Positions 30,457 to 40,759 of a DNA stretch of 64,000 nt are shown here, piece after piece. Position 1 is the stretch's first letter, and every line of letters starts with the position of its first letter. Made by a program: the position numbers and the translations under genes. This DNA comes from an uncultured archaeon (lineage in GTDB: Archaea; Asgardarchaeota; Hermodarchaeia; Hermodarchaeales; Hermodarchaeaceae): the NCBI GenBank assembly GCA_964347045.1, contig CAYFXC010000001.1:187256-251255 (forward strand). Direction: 5' to 3'. The notes under the pieces were generated by a model. That model did no database searches, had not been told where the DNA came from, and worked only from the letters and a program-made list of their open reading frames with translations.

Positions 30457-31551
30457 GTGAAAATTGTTGCGAAAAGGTTGAAAATTGGTAAAATCGTTGT
30501 TGTCCCCGAAGATATGGATGACTTGTGGCACCTATATAATGTAATTCTTTCGGGTGATCAGGTAGCTGCACGAACAGTTAGACGTGTCCGGCGAGATTCT
30601 GGGGACTCCTCGCGTCCAGATAAAGGCGAGCGTCGGCGAATGTTCATTCGATTAACTGTCGAGGAAGTATCTTTGCACAAGTATTCCAATCGTCTTCGAG
30701 TAAAAGGAAAAATCTTAGAAGGTCCTGAGGATTTTGTGTCAATTGGAACCTATCACACCATTAATGTCGAACCGGGTCTTAAGGTTGAAATTGTTAAAGA
30801 ACGGTGGTCCAATCTGCTCCTTCGCCGTTTACAAGATGCGGCTTCGCGGAAAGGACAACGACTAATAGTCATTGCTGTAGAAGAAGACCAAGCTTCTATT
30901 GGCATTATTGATGATTCCGGAATTGATGTTCGCGTTGAAGTTCATGGAACCGCGCGCGGTAAATATGGCAAATACATTCAAACCGATGAGACGATGGATC
31001 AAATGTTCGCAGGCGTTGCTACACAACTGAAAGAACTACTTGAACGGCTACCTGAAAATACCCGTGTAGTTATTGTTGGACCGGGATCAACAAAAGAAAA
31101 GCTTGCTGAATATCTGAAAAATAAGGTCCCAGCGTGTAAAGGAAGATTGCTTTTAGAACATGTGAGTACAGGAACTGTGGCAGGGATATATGAAGCACTA
31201 AATCGGGGGATTGTTGAACGAATTGCTAGTGAAATTCGACTAAATCGTGAAATTCGTCTTATGGAAGAGGTAATGAAGAATTTGGGCAAAGATACCGGAA
31301 AAACCGCATATGGCTGGGATGATATCGTCAGGGCTGTACAATTTGGTGCAGTCGAGACCTTACTAGTTCTTGATAAATTGTTCCGGGAGGCGCAGCCTGA
31401 TTATCGGCGGGAATTAGAAAATATCATGCGCCAGGTGGAAAAGCAAGCGGGATCATTGGAGATTTTCAGTGCGGATCATGAAGCTGGGAAGCAACTTGAA
31501 GGATTAGGTGGGTTGGTCGCCCTTCTTCGGTTTCGTTTACCTGGCACTTAG
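30457..31551 (+). CDS. pelA: mRNA surveillance protein Pelota/Dom34
   Basis: DDLWHLYNVI..GD, RLRVKG, GTYHTINV, LEGLGGLVALLRF. Confidence 0.95.
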   Translation: MKIVAKRLKIGKIVVVPEDMDDLWHLYNVILSGDQVAARTVRRVRRDSGDSSRPDKGERRRMFIRLTVEEVSLHKYSNRLRVKGKILEGPEDFVSIGTYHTINVEPGLKVEIVKERWSNLLLRRLQDAASRKGQRLIVIAVEEDQASIGIIDDSGIDVRVEVHGTARGKYGKYIQTDETMDQMFAGVATQLKELLERLPENTRVVIVGPGSTKEKLAEYLKNKVPACKGRLLLEHVSTGTVAGIYEALNRGIVERIASEIRLNREIRLMEEVMKNLGKDTGKTAYGWDDIVRAVQFGAVETLLVLDKLFREAQPDYRRELENIMRQVEKQAGSLEIFSADHEAGKQLEGLGGLVALLRFRLPGT

Positions 31552-32633
31552 AGCGGGGAATATGACACTTGGAACCGAGTGTCGATGGGATATTCTTCTA
31601 CTATTCCTACACTAAATCCTCGCGCTTTCAATCGGTTTGCTAATCGGCGTACAATACGAGTTGATGTTTCAATTTGTCTTTTAGATTCATTTACGTAAAT
31701 TTGTTCTGTTGGAATGTCGTACTCATTTTCCAATAATTCTTGAATGTCTGTTAAACTACCCGTAGTTGAAGGGGTTATGACGCCTTTCACAAGCAGTCCT
31801 TCCTTTGAAATCCTTTCAAAGGATTTTGCAATATTTTTTGCTCGACGTTTGAAGCGATTTCGCAACTGTGTTCCATCTTTTAGTGAAAGTGGGCAATAAT
31901 GGATATTCAATGAAGTCTTTAATGTAGCCCACTCAAGAAGTGTTAACGCCGCTTCTTCACTGTTCTGGACTGCTGCAATAGTATCAGAATCTAATACGAA
32001 TCCTCTTTTTCGTAATTGTTGGGCATTAAAGGAAGTGAATTCCATTTCGTTTAAATTTATAAAATCAATACCAATCTCATCTAGTCGCCGAAACATGTCC
32101 TTAAGCTGTTCTAGCATGCTAGGAATAATCGGGATTTCAATGCCAAGCTGTCCACGACCTTTCATTAATTTCTGTAATTCTTGGTAATCTTTTCCGACCT
32201 CAAAGCGATGGAGTCGTAATTCATCTAACCCTGCATCTAAAAGTTCCTTTACTACGTCAAGAGGAACGGGTTCAAGACCAGTATACAAATGGATATGAAA
32301 TGCTTCTCCAAATTCATTTTTGAATGCGCGAATGAATTTCAATGTTCTTTTTAATTTTAACAGCGGTTCACCACCAGTGATTCCCATTCCTGTGGCATTA
32401 ATCATATGCGCTTCAGCTATTGCTTGTTCAACGGCACCTATCTCAACTTCATTGGCGAAAACAACATCTCGATTATGTCGTTCCTCAGATATTGGACAAT
32501 AATAACAATCCTTTGAGCAGTTACCAGTGACAAAGAGTACGAGTTTAGCACCCTTCATACACTGACGACAACCCTTTGTAAGGCGTCCAATATACGGAGA
32601 ATTTCCATGTGAAAGGTGGATATCGCGGACCAC
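31548..32633 (-). CDS. Radical SAM protein (archaeal COG2108-like)
   Basis: GCRQC..GAKLVLFVTG, CSKDCYYCP, TGGEP. Confidence 0.88.
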   Translation of the reverse strand: MVRDIHLSHGNSPYIGRLTKGCRQCMKGAKLVLFVTGNCSKDCYYCPISEERHNRDVVFANEVEIGAVEQAIAEAHMINATGMGITGGEPLLKLKRTLKFIRAFKNEFGEAFHIHLYTGLEPVPLDVVKELLDAGLDELRLHRFEVGKDYQELQKLMKGRGQLGIEIPIIPSMLEQLKDMFRRLDEIGIDFINLNEMEFTSFNAQQLRKRGFVLDSDTIAAVQNSEEAALTLLEWATLKTSLNIHYCPLSLKDGTQLRNRFKRRAKNIAKSFERISKEGLLVKGVITPSTTGSLTDIQELLENEYDIPTEQIYVNESKRQIETSTRIVRRLANRLKARGFSVGIVEEYPIDTRFQVSYSPL

Positions 32634-32639
32634 ATCAGT

Positions 32640-33353
32640 TCAACCCTTTTGCACTCGACGGCGGACGACAGGATCGCGATCGCTAACGTGTTTAAGAACA
32701 GCTTCAAAGGTGTCCTCAGGAGCCAGTTGGCGCTTCAGGTACACTCCAGTGCGACCGACTTCGTCCCGACGCATTAGAATTTTGACTCTTTCTTTGACGA
32801 TTTTAAGACTAACGCCAACTTTCTTTGCAACAATCAGTTCATTTCCAATAACTGGTGTTTCAACGTGTCCTTTTTCGGTTGGTTCAATTAGAATTAGACG
32901 TTTGTCTACACCTGGGACACGTATTTCCTTTTGGAGATCTGATTGATTAAGACATCCACCGAACTGATAAAATTCAAGTTCAATCGGGGCAGGGCTTGTT
33001 AGAGGAAACGTCACCACAGAATTGTTGGGCAAATATATGTGGGCTTTAATAGCGTGAAATGGGGTTGCGTGTACTAGCTCTCGGTGGGTTATCTGGTAAC
33101 CGGCCTCTGTTAATGCAAACTCAACAGAAAACGAGGGTATGACCCTTGGAAGGTAAACGTCGATATCACTTTGTTCAGTAACATCGCCTCTACAAATACT
33201 GCCATGGATTAAGGGGTCAACTCCAATGAGTTTCAATGTGTCCATGATTTCAATGGCTTGTTGTCGTAATTTGGCGAGATGAGACCACCTTTCTTTGGAA
33301 TATATGACATCATGGCTTCCAGTATCCCGGCGGGTTGTTTTCTCTCGGGGCAT
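32640..33353 (-). CDS. Archaeal pol-beta-type nucleotidyltransferase (COG2413-like)
   Basis: HGSICRGDV...SDIDV, RVPGVDKRL, GRTGVYL. Confidence 0.85.
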   Translation of the reverse strand: MPREKTTRRDTGSHDVIYSKERWSHLAKLRQQAIEIMDTLKLIGVDPLIHGSICRGDVTEQSDIDVYLPRVIPSFSVEFALTEAGYQITHRELVHATPFHAIKAHIYLPNNSVVTFPLTSPAPIELEFYQFGGCLNQSDLQKEIRVPGVDKRLILIEPTEKGHVETPVIGNELIVAKKVGVSLKIVKERVKILMRRDEVGRTGVYLKRQLAPEDTFEAVLKHVSDRDPVVRRRVQKG

Positions 33354-33365
33354 TCTATATCGATC

Positions 33366-33692
33366 CTATTCAGGGGTTCTAACAGTCTCTTCAATCCATT
33401 GAAGGTAGGGCTTATGACCTTCTTGGATTTCGATTCTGACTATTTCAGGGACCTCATAGCTATGCATGTTTAGCACGGTTTCTCTTAGTTGGTTAAACAT
33501 GTCTTTTCTTGTTTTTATTAAGAGCAAAATCTCGGCATCTTCTACGATTTCTCCTTTCCAAGAATAAATCGATTTTTGGGGAATCATTCCAACACATGAT
33601 GCAAGCGAGTCTTTAACCAGTTTACGTCCAATCCTTTTGGCTTCATTCATTTTACCTACAGTAACGAATACAATACTGTACTGAGATGACAT
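33366..33692 (-). CDS. cutA: Divalent-cation tolerance protein CutA
   Basis: SIYSWKG, LLIKT, HSYEVPEI, YLQW. Confidence 0.95.
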   Translation of the reverse strand: MSSQYSIVFVTVGKMNEAKRIGRKLVKDSLASCVGMIPQKSIYSWKGEIVEDAEILLLIKTRKDMFNQLRETVLNMHSYEVPEIVRIEIQEGHKPYLQWIEETVRTPE

Positions 33693-33810
33693 GGTTTCAC
33701 GCTCACCAATCGAGCCCCTGCCGTATCTCTTAAAAGCTTCTCTCTCATCGGTGCATCAAACATTTATACTCAATCCTTAAACTGTGGGCATTATCGAGGC
33801 GACATGTCGG

Positions 33811-34998
33811 ATGCTACAATTCGAATTCCTCCTTCCTTTACTTCCATGGCTTCTCATTCTAATGGCATGGATGATAATCATTGGACTCGCCTCAGTCTTC
33901 AAGTTAGAAAAATATGGGGTTGAAGTCGGTCCCTTCATGCTTTTTGCACGAACAGAACGGTTCAACAACTTATTAGATTGGATCGGAAGATGGCATCCTC
34001 GCGCGTGGCGCTACATTTGGTCATTTTTCATCGGTGTCGCTTTCTTTTTCTCATTATTTGGGTTCTACTTCTTGGGATCAAATGCTTGGGAATTTATTAA
34101 AGCGCTCTTGGGGCAACCCGCTTCTCCAGGACCGGTAGCTCCTCTCATTCCGGGTCTCACCATGTCTTACAATTTCTTTTTGATGATCCTTTTTCCTTTA
34201 ATTGTTGCAGTCATTGTTCATGAGCTCGCTCATGGAATTGCTGCCCGTGCTGACAACATTCCTGTTCAAAGTTCAGGGCTCTTCGTATTTTTGGTCTTTT
34301 TCGGGGCATTCGTGGAACCCGATGAAGAATATGTTAAAATTAAAACTACACGGCGACAACGGGCTCGGCTTTTTGCTTCTGGTTCAGGTGCCAATCTTGC
34401 TGTTGCTGCAATCGCATTGATTCTCCTCATTTTTGTAATTATTCCTATCCCTAGTGGAGCGCTCATTAATAGTGTCGTTCCAGGCAGTCCAGCGGACGGT
34501 GTGCTTGCTCCTGGCATGGTTATCATCGAAATGAATGATACAACTATTCAAACTAACCAAGATCTTAGTGCTTTCATGCTAAATGCAAGTCCTGGTGATT
34601 TGGTGATATTCACAGTGCTAGAAGGCACAATTCCGCTTGTAGTTGGTGTGAATCCCACTAACGCATCGCTTCCCTTTATCGGGATTTTCATACGGACATA
34701 TGTTCCACTGGCTTATCCATTTAGCCTTCTCGGGCCGACATTAGGTACTCAGTTCTACGAAAGTCTAACTTGGTTCTTCATGATTACGCTCAGTCTTGCA
34801 ATTATTAACCTCTTGCCTGTTCCTCCGTTAGATGGTGACAGACTTTGGAAAGATCTCATTGATGTCACAATCTCTCTTGAGCGAAGAGGTGGGAAAGCCC
34901 TCTTGTGGGGTCTCCGAATCACTGCACTTACCATTCTTGCTCTTAACATTATATTCACAATTCTCACTCCCGGCCTTCTTGCTTGGTTCTTTCGGTAA
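33811..34998 (+). CDS. Site-2 protease (M50) with PDZ domain
   Basis: HELAH, GAFVEPD, NLLPVPPLDG. Confidence 0.93.
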   Translation: MLQFEFLLPLLPWLLILMAWMIIIGLASVFKLEKYGVEVGPFMLFARTERFNNLLDWIGRWHPRAWRYIWSFFIGVAFFFSLFGFYFLGSNAWEFIKALLGQPASPGPVAPLIPGLTMSYNFFLMILFPLIVAVIVHELAHGIAARADNIPVQSSGLFVFLVFFGAFVEPDEEYVKIKTTRRQRARLFASGSGANLAVAAIALILLIFVIIPIPSGALINSVVPGSPADGVLAPGMVIIEMNDTTIQTNQDLSAFMLNASPGDLVIFTVLEGTIPLVVGVNPTNASLPFIGIFIRTYVPLAYPFSLLGPTLGTQFYESLTWFFMITLSLAIINLLPVPPLDGDRLWKDLIDVTISLERRGGKALLWGLRITALTILALNIIFTILTPGLLAWFFR

Positions 34999-35035
34999 AT
35001 GAATGGAAATTTATTACTAAATGCGCACAATCAAT

Positions 35036-35989
35036 ATGACGTTTATGACGAATGAATGTACCATGTGTGGGGCCACTTCGATTATTTCTCGACCATATTC
35101 AGGTGAGGTACTCTGTGAGAGGTGTTTTCGCGAATCTGTTATCAACGCTATTCGGATGGCTATTTCGAAATTCAATATGCTGCAACGAACAGATCGAATC
35201 GCCGTTGCTTATTCGGGTGGCAAAGATAGTACTGTGCTCTTGGCGGTTCTTGTGGAAATCCAACAGCGGTTTCCTGAATCGGAAGTAATAGCAATTACTC
35301 TTGAAGAAGGGAGTAAACATGACCGTGATCGTCAAAAGGTGTTACGAACCGTGACGAACACGCTCAACGTCGAACATGTGACTTCCTCATATCACGACCT
35401 GTTTTCACTTACCCTGGATGAGGTTGCCACACAAACCCAAGCCATGCAATCACCCCTTTCCCCTTGTGCATATTGTGGAACTCTTCGGAGACAGGGATTA
35501 AATTTACTGGCTCGAAAAATCCAGGCTGACAAACTTGCTTTAGGACATAATCTTGATGATGAAATTCAATCGATGCTTATGAACCTCATCCGTGGAGATT
35601 TGCTACGCCTATCACGAATTACGCCCTATCTTAAAGGAGTTCCCGACTGGCTAATCCCTCGTATTAAACCCATGTATCACCTCCTTGAAAGTGATATTGC
35701 CTTATTTTCACAATTACTTGGATATCCCATATACCATCCTCCATGTTCCTACAAAGAAACATCTTTACGCTCAGAAATACGGAAGTGGCTCAACACCTTC
35801 GAAATCGAACATCCAGGATCCAAATACAACCTACATGCAACCATCATGAAAATCATCGAATCCCTTCAAAATGATGAAGAGGCTCCATATCAGAAGTGTC
35901 AGGTTTGTGGTGAAATCACCTCTCAGCGAGTCTGCGCAGTATGTCTTCATAGAGAAACCCTTGGATACTCATCTACAAAAAAGGGGTAA
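35036..35989 (+). CDS. tRNA 2-thiolation protein TtuA/Ncs6 family
   Basis: Zn fingers at both ends, SGGKDS, CAYC, GHNLDD. Confidence 0.9.
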   Translation: MTFMTNECTMCGATSIISRPYSGEVLCERCFRESVINAIRMAISKFNMLQRTDRIAVAYSGGKDSTVLLAVLVEIQQRFPESEVIAITLEEGSKHDRDRQKVLRTVTNTLNVEHVTSSYHDLFSLTLDEVATQTQAMQSPLSPCAYCGTLRRQGLNLLARKIQADKLALGHNLDDEIQSMLMNLIRGDLLRLSRITPYLKGVPDWLIPRIKPMYHLLESDIALFSQLLGYPIYHPPCSYKETSLRSEIRKWLNTFEIEHPGSKYNLHATIMKIIESLQNDEEAPYQKCQVCGEITSQRVCAVCLHRETLGYSSTKKG

Positions 35990-35994
35990 AGGGT

Positions 35995-36340
35995 GGACGG
36001 AAGCCCCGACGGTCGTCAACCCTCACTGATGCCGTACTCACCGCTAGGTCTCAGACCCGGATCTCGGAAGCATCAACAGTACAGGTTTACGCTGCTCCCT
36101 CCCGGGTCTCGCTGGGTTCACCTGATAAAGACGATTCAGCCCTTCCTACGAAAAGCCTACCGCCACCAGCGATCCTCCGAGGCGGATCGTCACTGCCTTG
36201 AACAGTGAGTCGTACAACAGGTCAGAAAGCCTAACGTCGGCATTCAGCCCGCCGTAGAGAGCATCTGCGGTACAGGGGAGCCTTAGCCAGCCCGTAGCGG
36301 TGCTGCGGGACTTCTAGCCCCCCGCCTAGGCTCACCGTCC
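35995..36340 (-). ncRNA. ffs: Archaeal SRP (7S) RNA with a 31-nt insertion in Alu helix 3
   Basis: Terminal helix GGACGG/CCGTCC; Alu GGGGG..TCCCC-TGTA-CCGC; helix 6 with GGAG; helix 8 GAGACCC-GGGA-GGG-AGCAG. Confidence 0.9.
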
Positions 36341-36373
36341 AATCAGCTCACACACTCTCGCGATATTTAACCT

Positions 36374-36868
36374 TTACTTAGTCCGCCCTTTTGAGCGCCA
36401 AATTTGGATAATGTATAGTGGAATTGCAACTATGAAACATACGATGCTGAAGAATGTGATTGTCGAATAGGATGCGAACCCTAGGAATGGATTTCCCAAT
36501 ATTGGCCAAAATGGCTGCATTTCGGGGTATAAGAGCGCATCTAATACAATATGTGAATACGCGCCAATGAGCGTGGCTACGGTGATATTTAGCGGAGAGG
36601 CGATTTGAGGAAGGAGAAAGGCTGTCATTATTTTTTCCAAAACGCCTCTGAGAAGGAAAATTCCCACTGCCATAAGTAGAGCTGCTATTGTCGCTCCCAA
36701 GAATGTATGAAAGAATAAATGCAGCACCGGTGAATCGAGAAGAAGAAAGGTTAGTGGTTCAAGGTCAACGATGATACTCCCAAACAAGATGTTGGGGAGG
36801 AACAAAAATGGAAAGAAGATCAGTCCAATCAAGAGGCTCGGACCCAGGTGGAAGGGAGTAAACGGCAT
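36374..36868 (-). CDS. Membrane-bound metal-dependent hydrolase-like protein
   Basis: MPFTPFH, DLEP, H.FFHT, SHIVLD, P.WP. Confidence 0.8.
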   Translation of the reverse strand: MPFTPFHLGPSLLIGLIFFPFLFLPNILFGSIIVDLEPLTFLLLDSPVLHLFFHTFLGATIAALLMAVGIFLLRGVLEKIMTAFLLPQIASPLNITVATLIGAYSHIVLDALLYPEMQPFWPILGNPFLGFASYSTITFFSIVCFIVAIPLYIIQIWRSKGRTK

Positions 36869-36911
36869 GAAGTACAACTCTGGAATACTATTACTGAAAT
36901 TAGGTGAAGAA

Positions 36912-36997
36912 TGGCGCCGAGGACGAGATTTGAACTCGTGAGTCCTATGGACACAGACTTAGCAGGCCTGCTCCCTACCAGGCTAGGATACCTCGGC
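36912..36997 (-). tRNA. tRNA-Ser(GCT)
   Basis: Cloverleaf with long variable arm, CAGGC-CT-GCT-AA-GTCTG, G73-CCA. Confidence 0.96.
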
Positions 36998-37036
36998 ACT
37001 GACTGTTTGCTTGTAGAAGTTGCCTTATTAAAAACA

Positions 37037-37459
37037 TTATGATGATCTGTTCTTGAAGACAGAGCGGAAACTGTAGTCAGGAATAGCGATAATGAAGATG
37101 GTGAAGACAATTCCAATTATACCATCGATGATTCCAAGAATAAGAAGGGCTGGAGGTAATCCAAATAGAATGTAGTATACTAAAATTGTGAAGGCAATTA
37201 AGCGGCCAGGTGTGTTTGCAACAGGTATTATGATGTACTGATCGAGATTTCTTGATGCAACTAATAATGCGATTCCAAAAGCGAGTAGAAATGCTCCAAT
37301 AATTTGTAAAAGTGCTCCTGAAAGTATTGTAATGGGATAGTCTAGAAGAATTGATACTATCGATGAACCAAAGAGAAAGATCACGGCTAAAACGATATCA
37401 TATAGTCCTGAGAAAAGGACAAACCGGGCAAACCACTTTTTCATGTTCATGGGCTCCAC
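37037..37459 (-). CDS. Hypothetical four-TM membrane protein
   Basis: Hydrophobic ORF filling the space between two tRNAs. Confidence 0.7.
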   Translation of the reverse strand: MEPMNMKKWFARFVLFSGLYDIVLAVIFLFGSSIVSILLDYPITILSGALLQIIGAFLLAFGIALLVASRNLDQYIIIPVANTPGRLIAFTILVYYILFGLPPALLILGIIDGIIGIVFTIFIIAIPDYSFRSVFKNRSS

Positions 37460-37512
37460 GAAAAAAGCCTGTAGACAAAGTCTTAGTTAGGTTATTGTAA
37501 AAAAAGGTTCTT

Positions 37513-37621
37513 TGGTGGGCCGAGAGGGATTTGAACCCTCGACCATCGCGGTGTAAGCGCGATATCATAGCCTTCTAGTCTAAAAGGGAAAAACCCATGA
37601 AGATAGCTAGACCATCGGCCC
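37513..37621 (-). tRNA. tRNA-Val(TAC) with D-loop intron (37573-37604)
   Basis: TCGCG-CT-TAC-AC-CGCGA; CTAG/CTAG BHB helix flanking a 32-nt insert. Confidence 0.92.
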
Positions 37622-37688
37622 AACCTGTGGTGAGATGTTTAATAGCTCCATAAAAAGCTTCTCGAAGCCAAATTAGTAGTAAAAAAAA

Positions 37689-38210
37689 CTAATTGTGATC
37701 GATTTCTTGTTCAAGGACTTGAATCTGCTTTCTAAGCAAATCGATGGTTTGAATATTTTCAACATGAACGAGTTGTCCGTTGCAAATTGGACATTTGAAG
37801 GCATTTGTCATGGCTTCTTCAAAGGTGTGTCGAGGACATCCATTTTTGTGGCAGTGATAAAATGTATTTTCCGTTTCGAATTGGAGTCGTTGCTTTAGCT
37901 TTTCAAGTACCCTGGTTTTTTTCGCGTGGAGAAGACCATGAATGCGCTCGGGTTCTAATATCCAATAGTAGACAAACCATCCAGTTTGTTTATCGCGGGT
38001 ACGGCGATATGACGCTAAATGAAGATCATAGAGCTTGTAGAGGATTTTCCGAACGGTGTTTAGGCGCATGCCTGTATCGTTAGCAATTTCCTCATCAGTC
38101 GTTTCTTCATCCTCTTTCAAACGCGTAACTACTTCAAATGCGTCTTCACCGGCGAATTCAATGACAACCTGCCTAATTAGCGTCTCACGTCCGGGCATAG
38201 ATTTACACAT
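37689..38210 (-). CDS. tfe: Transcription factor E alpha
   Basis: TDEEIA..LNTVRKILYKL, GWFVYYW, Zn ribbon FKCPIC. Confidence 0.96.
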   Translation of the reverse strand: MCKSMPGRETLIRQVVIEFAGEDAFEVVTRLKEDEETTDEEIANDTGMRLNTVRKILYKLYDLHLASYRRTRDKQTGWFVYYWILEPERIHGLLHAKKTRVLEKLKQRLQFETENTFYHCHKNGCPRHTFEEAMTNAFKCPICNGQLVHVENIQTIDLLRKQIQVLEQEIDHN

Positions 38211-38283
38211 AATCTAATCTTGCATCGAATATAGACCTTTTTGTTTAACAAAGCAAATTCCAGAATTGAATCGCTTGAAATTG

Positions 38284-38832
38284 TTAATCGGATTCAGTTA
38301 CGCGTTTTCCATGGGGGGTAGGTTCAATTTCGAGTGTAGCGTCAGGAAATTTTCTATGAAGTATTTGTCCTTCAAAGAGTCGGTCCAAAAAAACGGACAG
38401 TGCTGCAACTTCGCTATGGGGTTGATGACCAATTGCAACATTATAATCAGCCAATCGAAACACATCAATGGGTACTTTGGGACCTCCTACAACAATGAGT
38501 TTTGGGTGGGGTGAAGTGCGTATTTGGGATATCACATCATCCACATGAAGTCCGTACATGGTGAGGTGAATGATGTCACCTCCATCTTTCTTCCATGAGC
38601 GAATCCGTGTTTGCCATTTTACTCCTGTAATTACTTGGAAACTTCGGTTTCCCCATTGTGAAGATACTCTATGTATTGTTTCTGGGATGTTGGGGTCTTG
38701 TAATCCTGATATCCAAAATTCTGTTGCACCAAATGCCCGAGCGACTAACCCTACATGGGTTGTAAGGCGTTTATCACGTTCAGGGCGATGATCCAGCTTT
38801 AACACAACAATTTGTAATTCTGCTGGGTTCAT
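38284..38832 (-). CDS. trm56: tRNA (cytidine56-2'-O)-methyltransferase
   Basis: HRPERDKRLTTHVGLVARAFGA, HLTMYG, QPHSEVAAL. Confidence 0.96.
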   Translation of the reverse strand: MNPAELQIVVLKLDHRPERDKRLTTHVGLVARAFGATEFWISGLQDPNIPETIHRVSSQWGNRSFQVITGVKWQTRIRSWKKDGGDIIHLTMYGLHVDDVISQIRTSPHPKLIVVGGPKVPIDVFRLADYNVAIGHQPHSEVAALSVFLDRLFEGQILHRKFPDATLEIEPTPHGKRVTESD

Positions 38833-38878
38833 GTGAGTTTCATGTCCGTCAAATTCTTTGAATAATATTTAGGAAATA

Positions 38879-39385
38879 TTAGGAGGAGGTTTTTTTCCGC
38901 TTTATCTGAACAACATCCCCTAGAGTAGCTGAACTCTGGGAAGGTACAGGTGAAAGATCAACTGACTCCGCTTCTTCAAGCAGTGTTAACTTGAATAAGC
39001 GCTCTAATTTTCTGGCTAAAGCTATTGTGGGGGTCATCTTGCCATTCTCGACTTTCGTTATCACTGAAGTTCTTTCATGAAGTTCCCGAGCTACTTCTTT
39101 TTGAGACATCCCTCTCTGCTCACGTGCTTTCCTAATCAATTTTGTAAAATCTTCTACTGGAACCAATTCACGACGCTGAGCTCGAGGTGGTCCACGCCTA
39201 ATTTCACGATCGATATAAACGGGGTGACGTATTGGAGGAGTTAAGGAATCAAATCTAGGCTTTTTCTTGCGATGGACTGGTTCTCCTAATTGGGCGCATC
39301 GACTACACGCATGGAGATGTGCACCCTCAAGGGCGATTTCTCTGGTTGAATGACATTCACGACCACATATTTCGCAGGTTGGCAT
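38879..39385 (-). CDS. mbf1: Multiprotein bridging factor aMBF1
   Basis: CEICG Zn ribbon + HTH, TLGDVV; upstream and divergent from pan. Confidence 0.93.
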   Translation of the reverse strand: MPTCEICGRECHSTREIALEGAHLHACSRCAQLGEPVHRKKKPRFDSLTPPIRHPVYIDREIRRGPPRAQRRELVPVEDFTKLIRKAREQRGMSQKEVARELHERTSVITKVENGKMTPTIALARKLERLFKLTLLEEAESVDLSPVPSQSSATLGDVVQIKRKKTSS

Positions 39386-39526
39386 ATTGCTTCTTCGCCA
39401 CCATGCTATCATTTACCCGCCAATATCTAAAAAATTGTTTATATTCTAATTATCTCTCAGAAGGTTTAAAACCAGCAATGGAGGAATAAAAAAAGCTTTT
39501 AGCGCGTTTGACTCAGAGAGTTTGCA

Positions 39527-40732
39527 ATGACCGATTCAACAGATCTCCGAAAGAAAGCGGTCTCTTCCGAGGATTATTTGAGCCTAGCTGAGCGAACAAT
39601 TCTGTTGGAACAACGCGTTCGAGAACTTGAGCTAGAAAGAGAACAAATAACAGCGGAACGTACTCGCCTAGAAAACGAAGTTAGGATTCTTCAGGCGGAA
39701 CTCAATAAATTACGACAACCTCCATTAGTCTCGGCTACTGTAGTAGATGTTCTTGACGACGGAAGAGTTATTGTGAAAAGCAGCACCGGACCACAGTTTG
39801 TTGTGAATTATCCCGAATCGATAATCGGAAGCCAGCTTGAATCGGGAGCCAAAGTGGCACTGAACCAACGCACTCTTGCCGTTGTTGATGTTTTACCTAT
39901 CTCCATCGACCCCTTTGTTCAGGCCATGAATGTTGAAGAAAGTCCTGATGTTACTTATGATGATATTGGGGGGTTGGAAGAACAGATTGAAGAAATCCGT
40001 GAAACCGTTGAACTCCCTCTTCTTCATCCCGAACTCTTTGAAAAGGTTGGTATCGAACCACCAAAGGGTGTTCTTCTCTGTGGTCCACCAGGAACAGGGA
40101 AAACATTACTAGCGAGAGCCGTTGCACATGAAACGATGGCGACATTCATTCGGGTAATTGGATCTGAACTTGTCCAAAAGTTCATAGGTGAGGGTGCAAG
40201 AATCGTAAGAGAAATCTTCTATATGGCTCGTAAACGAGCACCCAGTATAGTATTTATTGATGAATTGGATGCCGTTGCGAGTCGACGTCTCGATATTGCC
40301 ACAAGCGGGGATCGAGAAGTACAAAGGACACTCATGCAACTTCTGAGTATGCTTGATGGTTTCGATCCGCGAGGTGATGTACGCATTCTTGCTGCTACAA
40401 ACCGTCCTGACATCCTTGATACCGCCCTTACCCGACCTGGGCGATTTGATCGCATTATTGAGTTCCCATTTCCTGACAAAGAAGCTCGTGTACAAATTTT
40501 TAAAATTCATATGCGAAATATGAATGTTGAAGCGGATGTGGATATGGGTAAGCTTGCTTCAAAGACCTCTGGAGCCTCAGGAGCCGATTTGAAGGCAATC
40601 TGCACTGAAGCAGGAATGTTTGCAATTCGTGAACTGCGTGATGTTGTCTGCAGAGAAGATTTCAATAAAGCGATAAGTAAAGTTTTAGGCGCGATTGGTG
40701 ACCGGGGCGACACGACAGACATTTATGGATAA
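39527..40732 (+). CDS. pan: Proteasome-activating nucleotidase
   Basis: Coiled coil/[24 protein letters not shown]-terminal HbYX (IYG). Confidence 0.97.
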   Translation: MTDSTDLRKKAVSSEDYLSLAERTILLEQRVRELELEREQITAERTRLENEVRILQAELNKLRQPPLVSATVVDVLDDGRVIVKSSTGPQFVVNYPESIIGSQLESGAKVALNQRTLAVVDVLPISIDPFVQAMNVEESPDVTYDDIGGLEEQIEEIRETVELPLLHPELFEKVGIEPPKGVLLCGPPGTGKTLLARAVAHETMATFIRVIGSELVQKFIGEGARIVREIFYMARKRAPSIVFIDELDAVASRRLDIATSGDREVQRTLMQLLSMLDGFDPRGDVRILAATNRPDILDTALTRPGRFDRIIEFPFPDKEARVQIFKIHMRNMNVEADVDMGKLASKTSGASGADLKAICTEAGMFAIRELRDVVCREDFNKAISKVLGAIGDRGDTTDIYG

Positions 40733-40759
40733 GTTGTTTTACAAAAGACGAGGCGAGTC

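Noticed and set aside
35993-36208. 71-aa ORF, and similar ORFs over tRNAs/5S or antisense to core genes
   Set aside because: Shadow ORFs overlapping well-supported RNA genes or CDSs.
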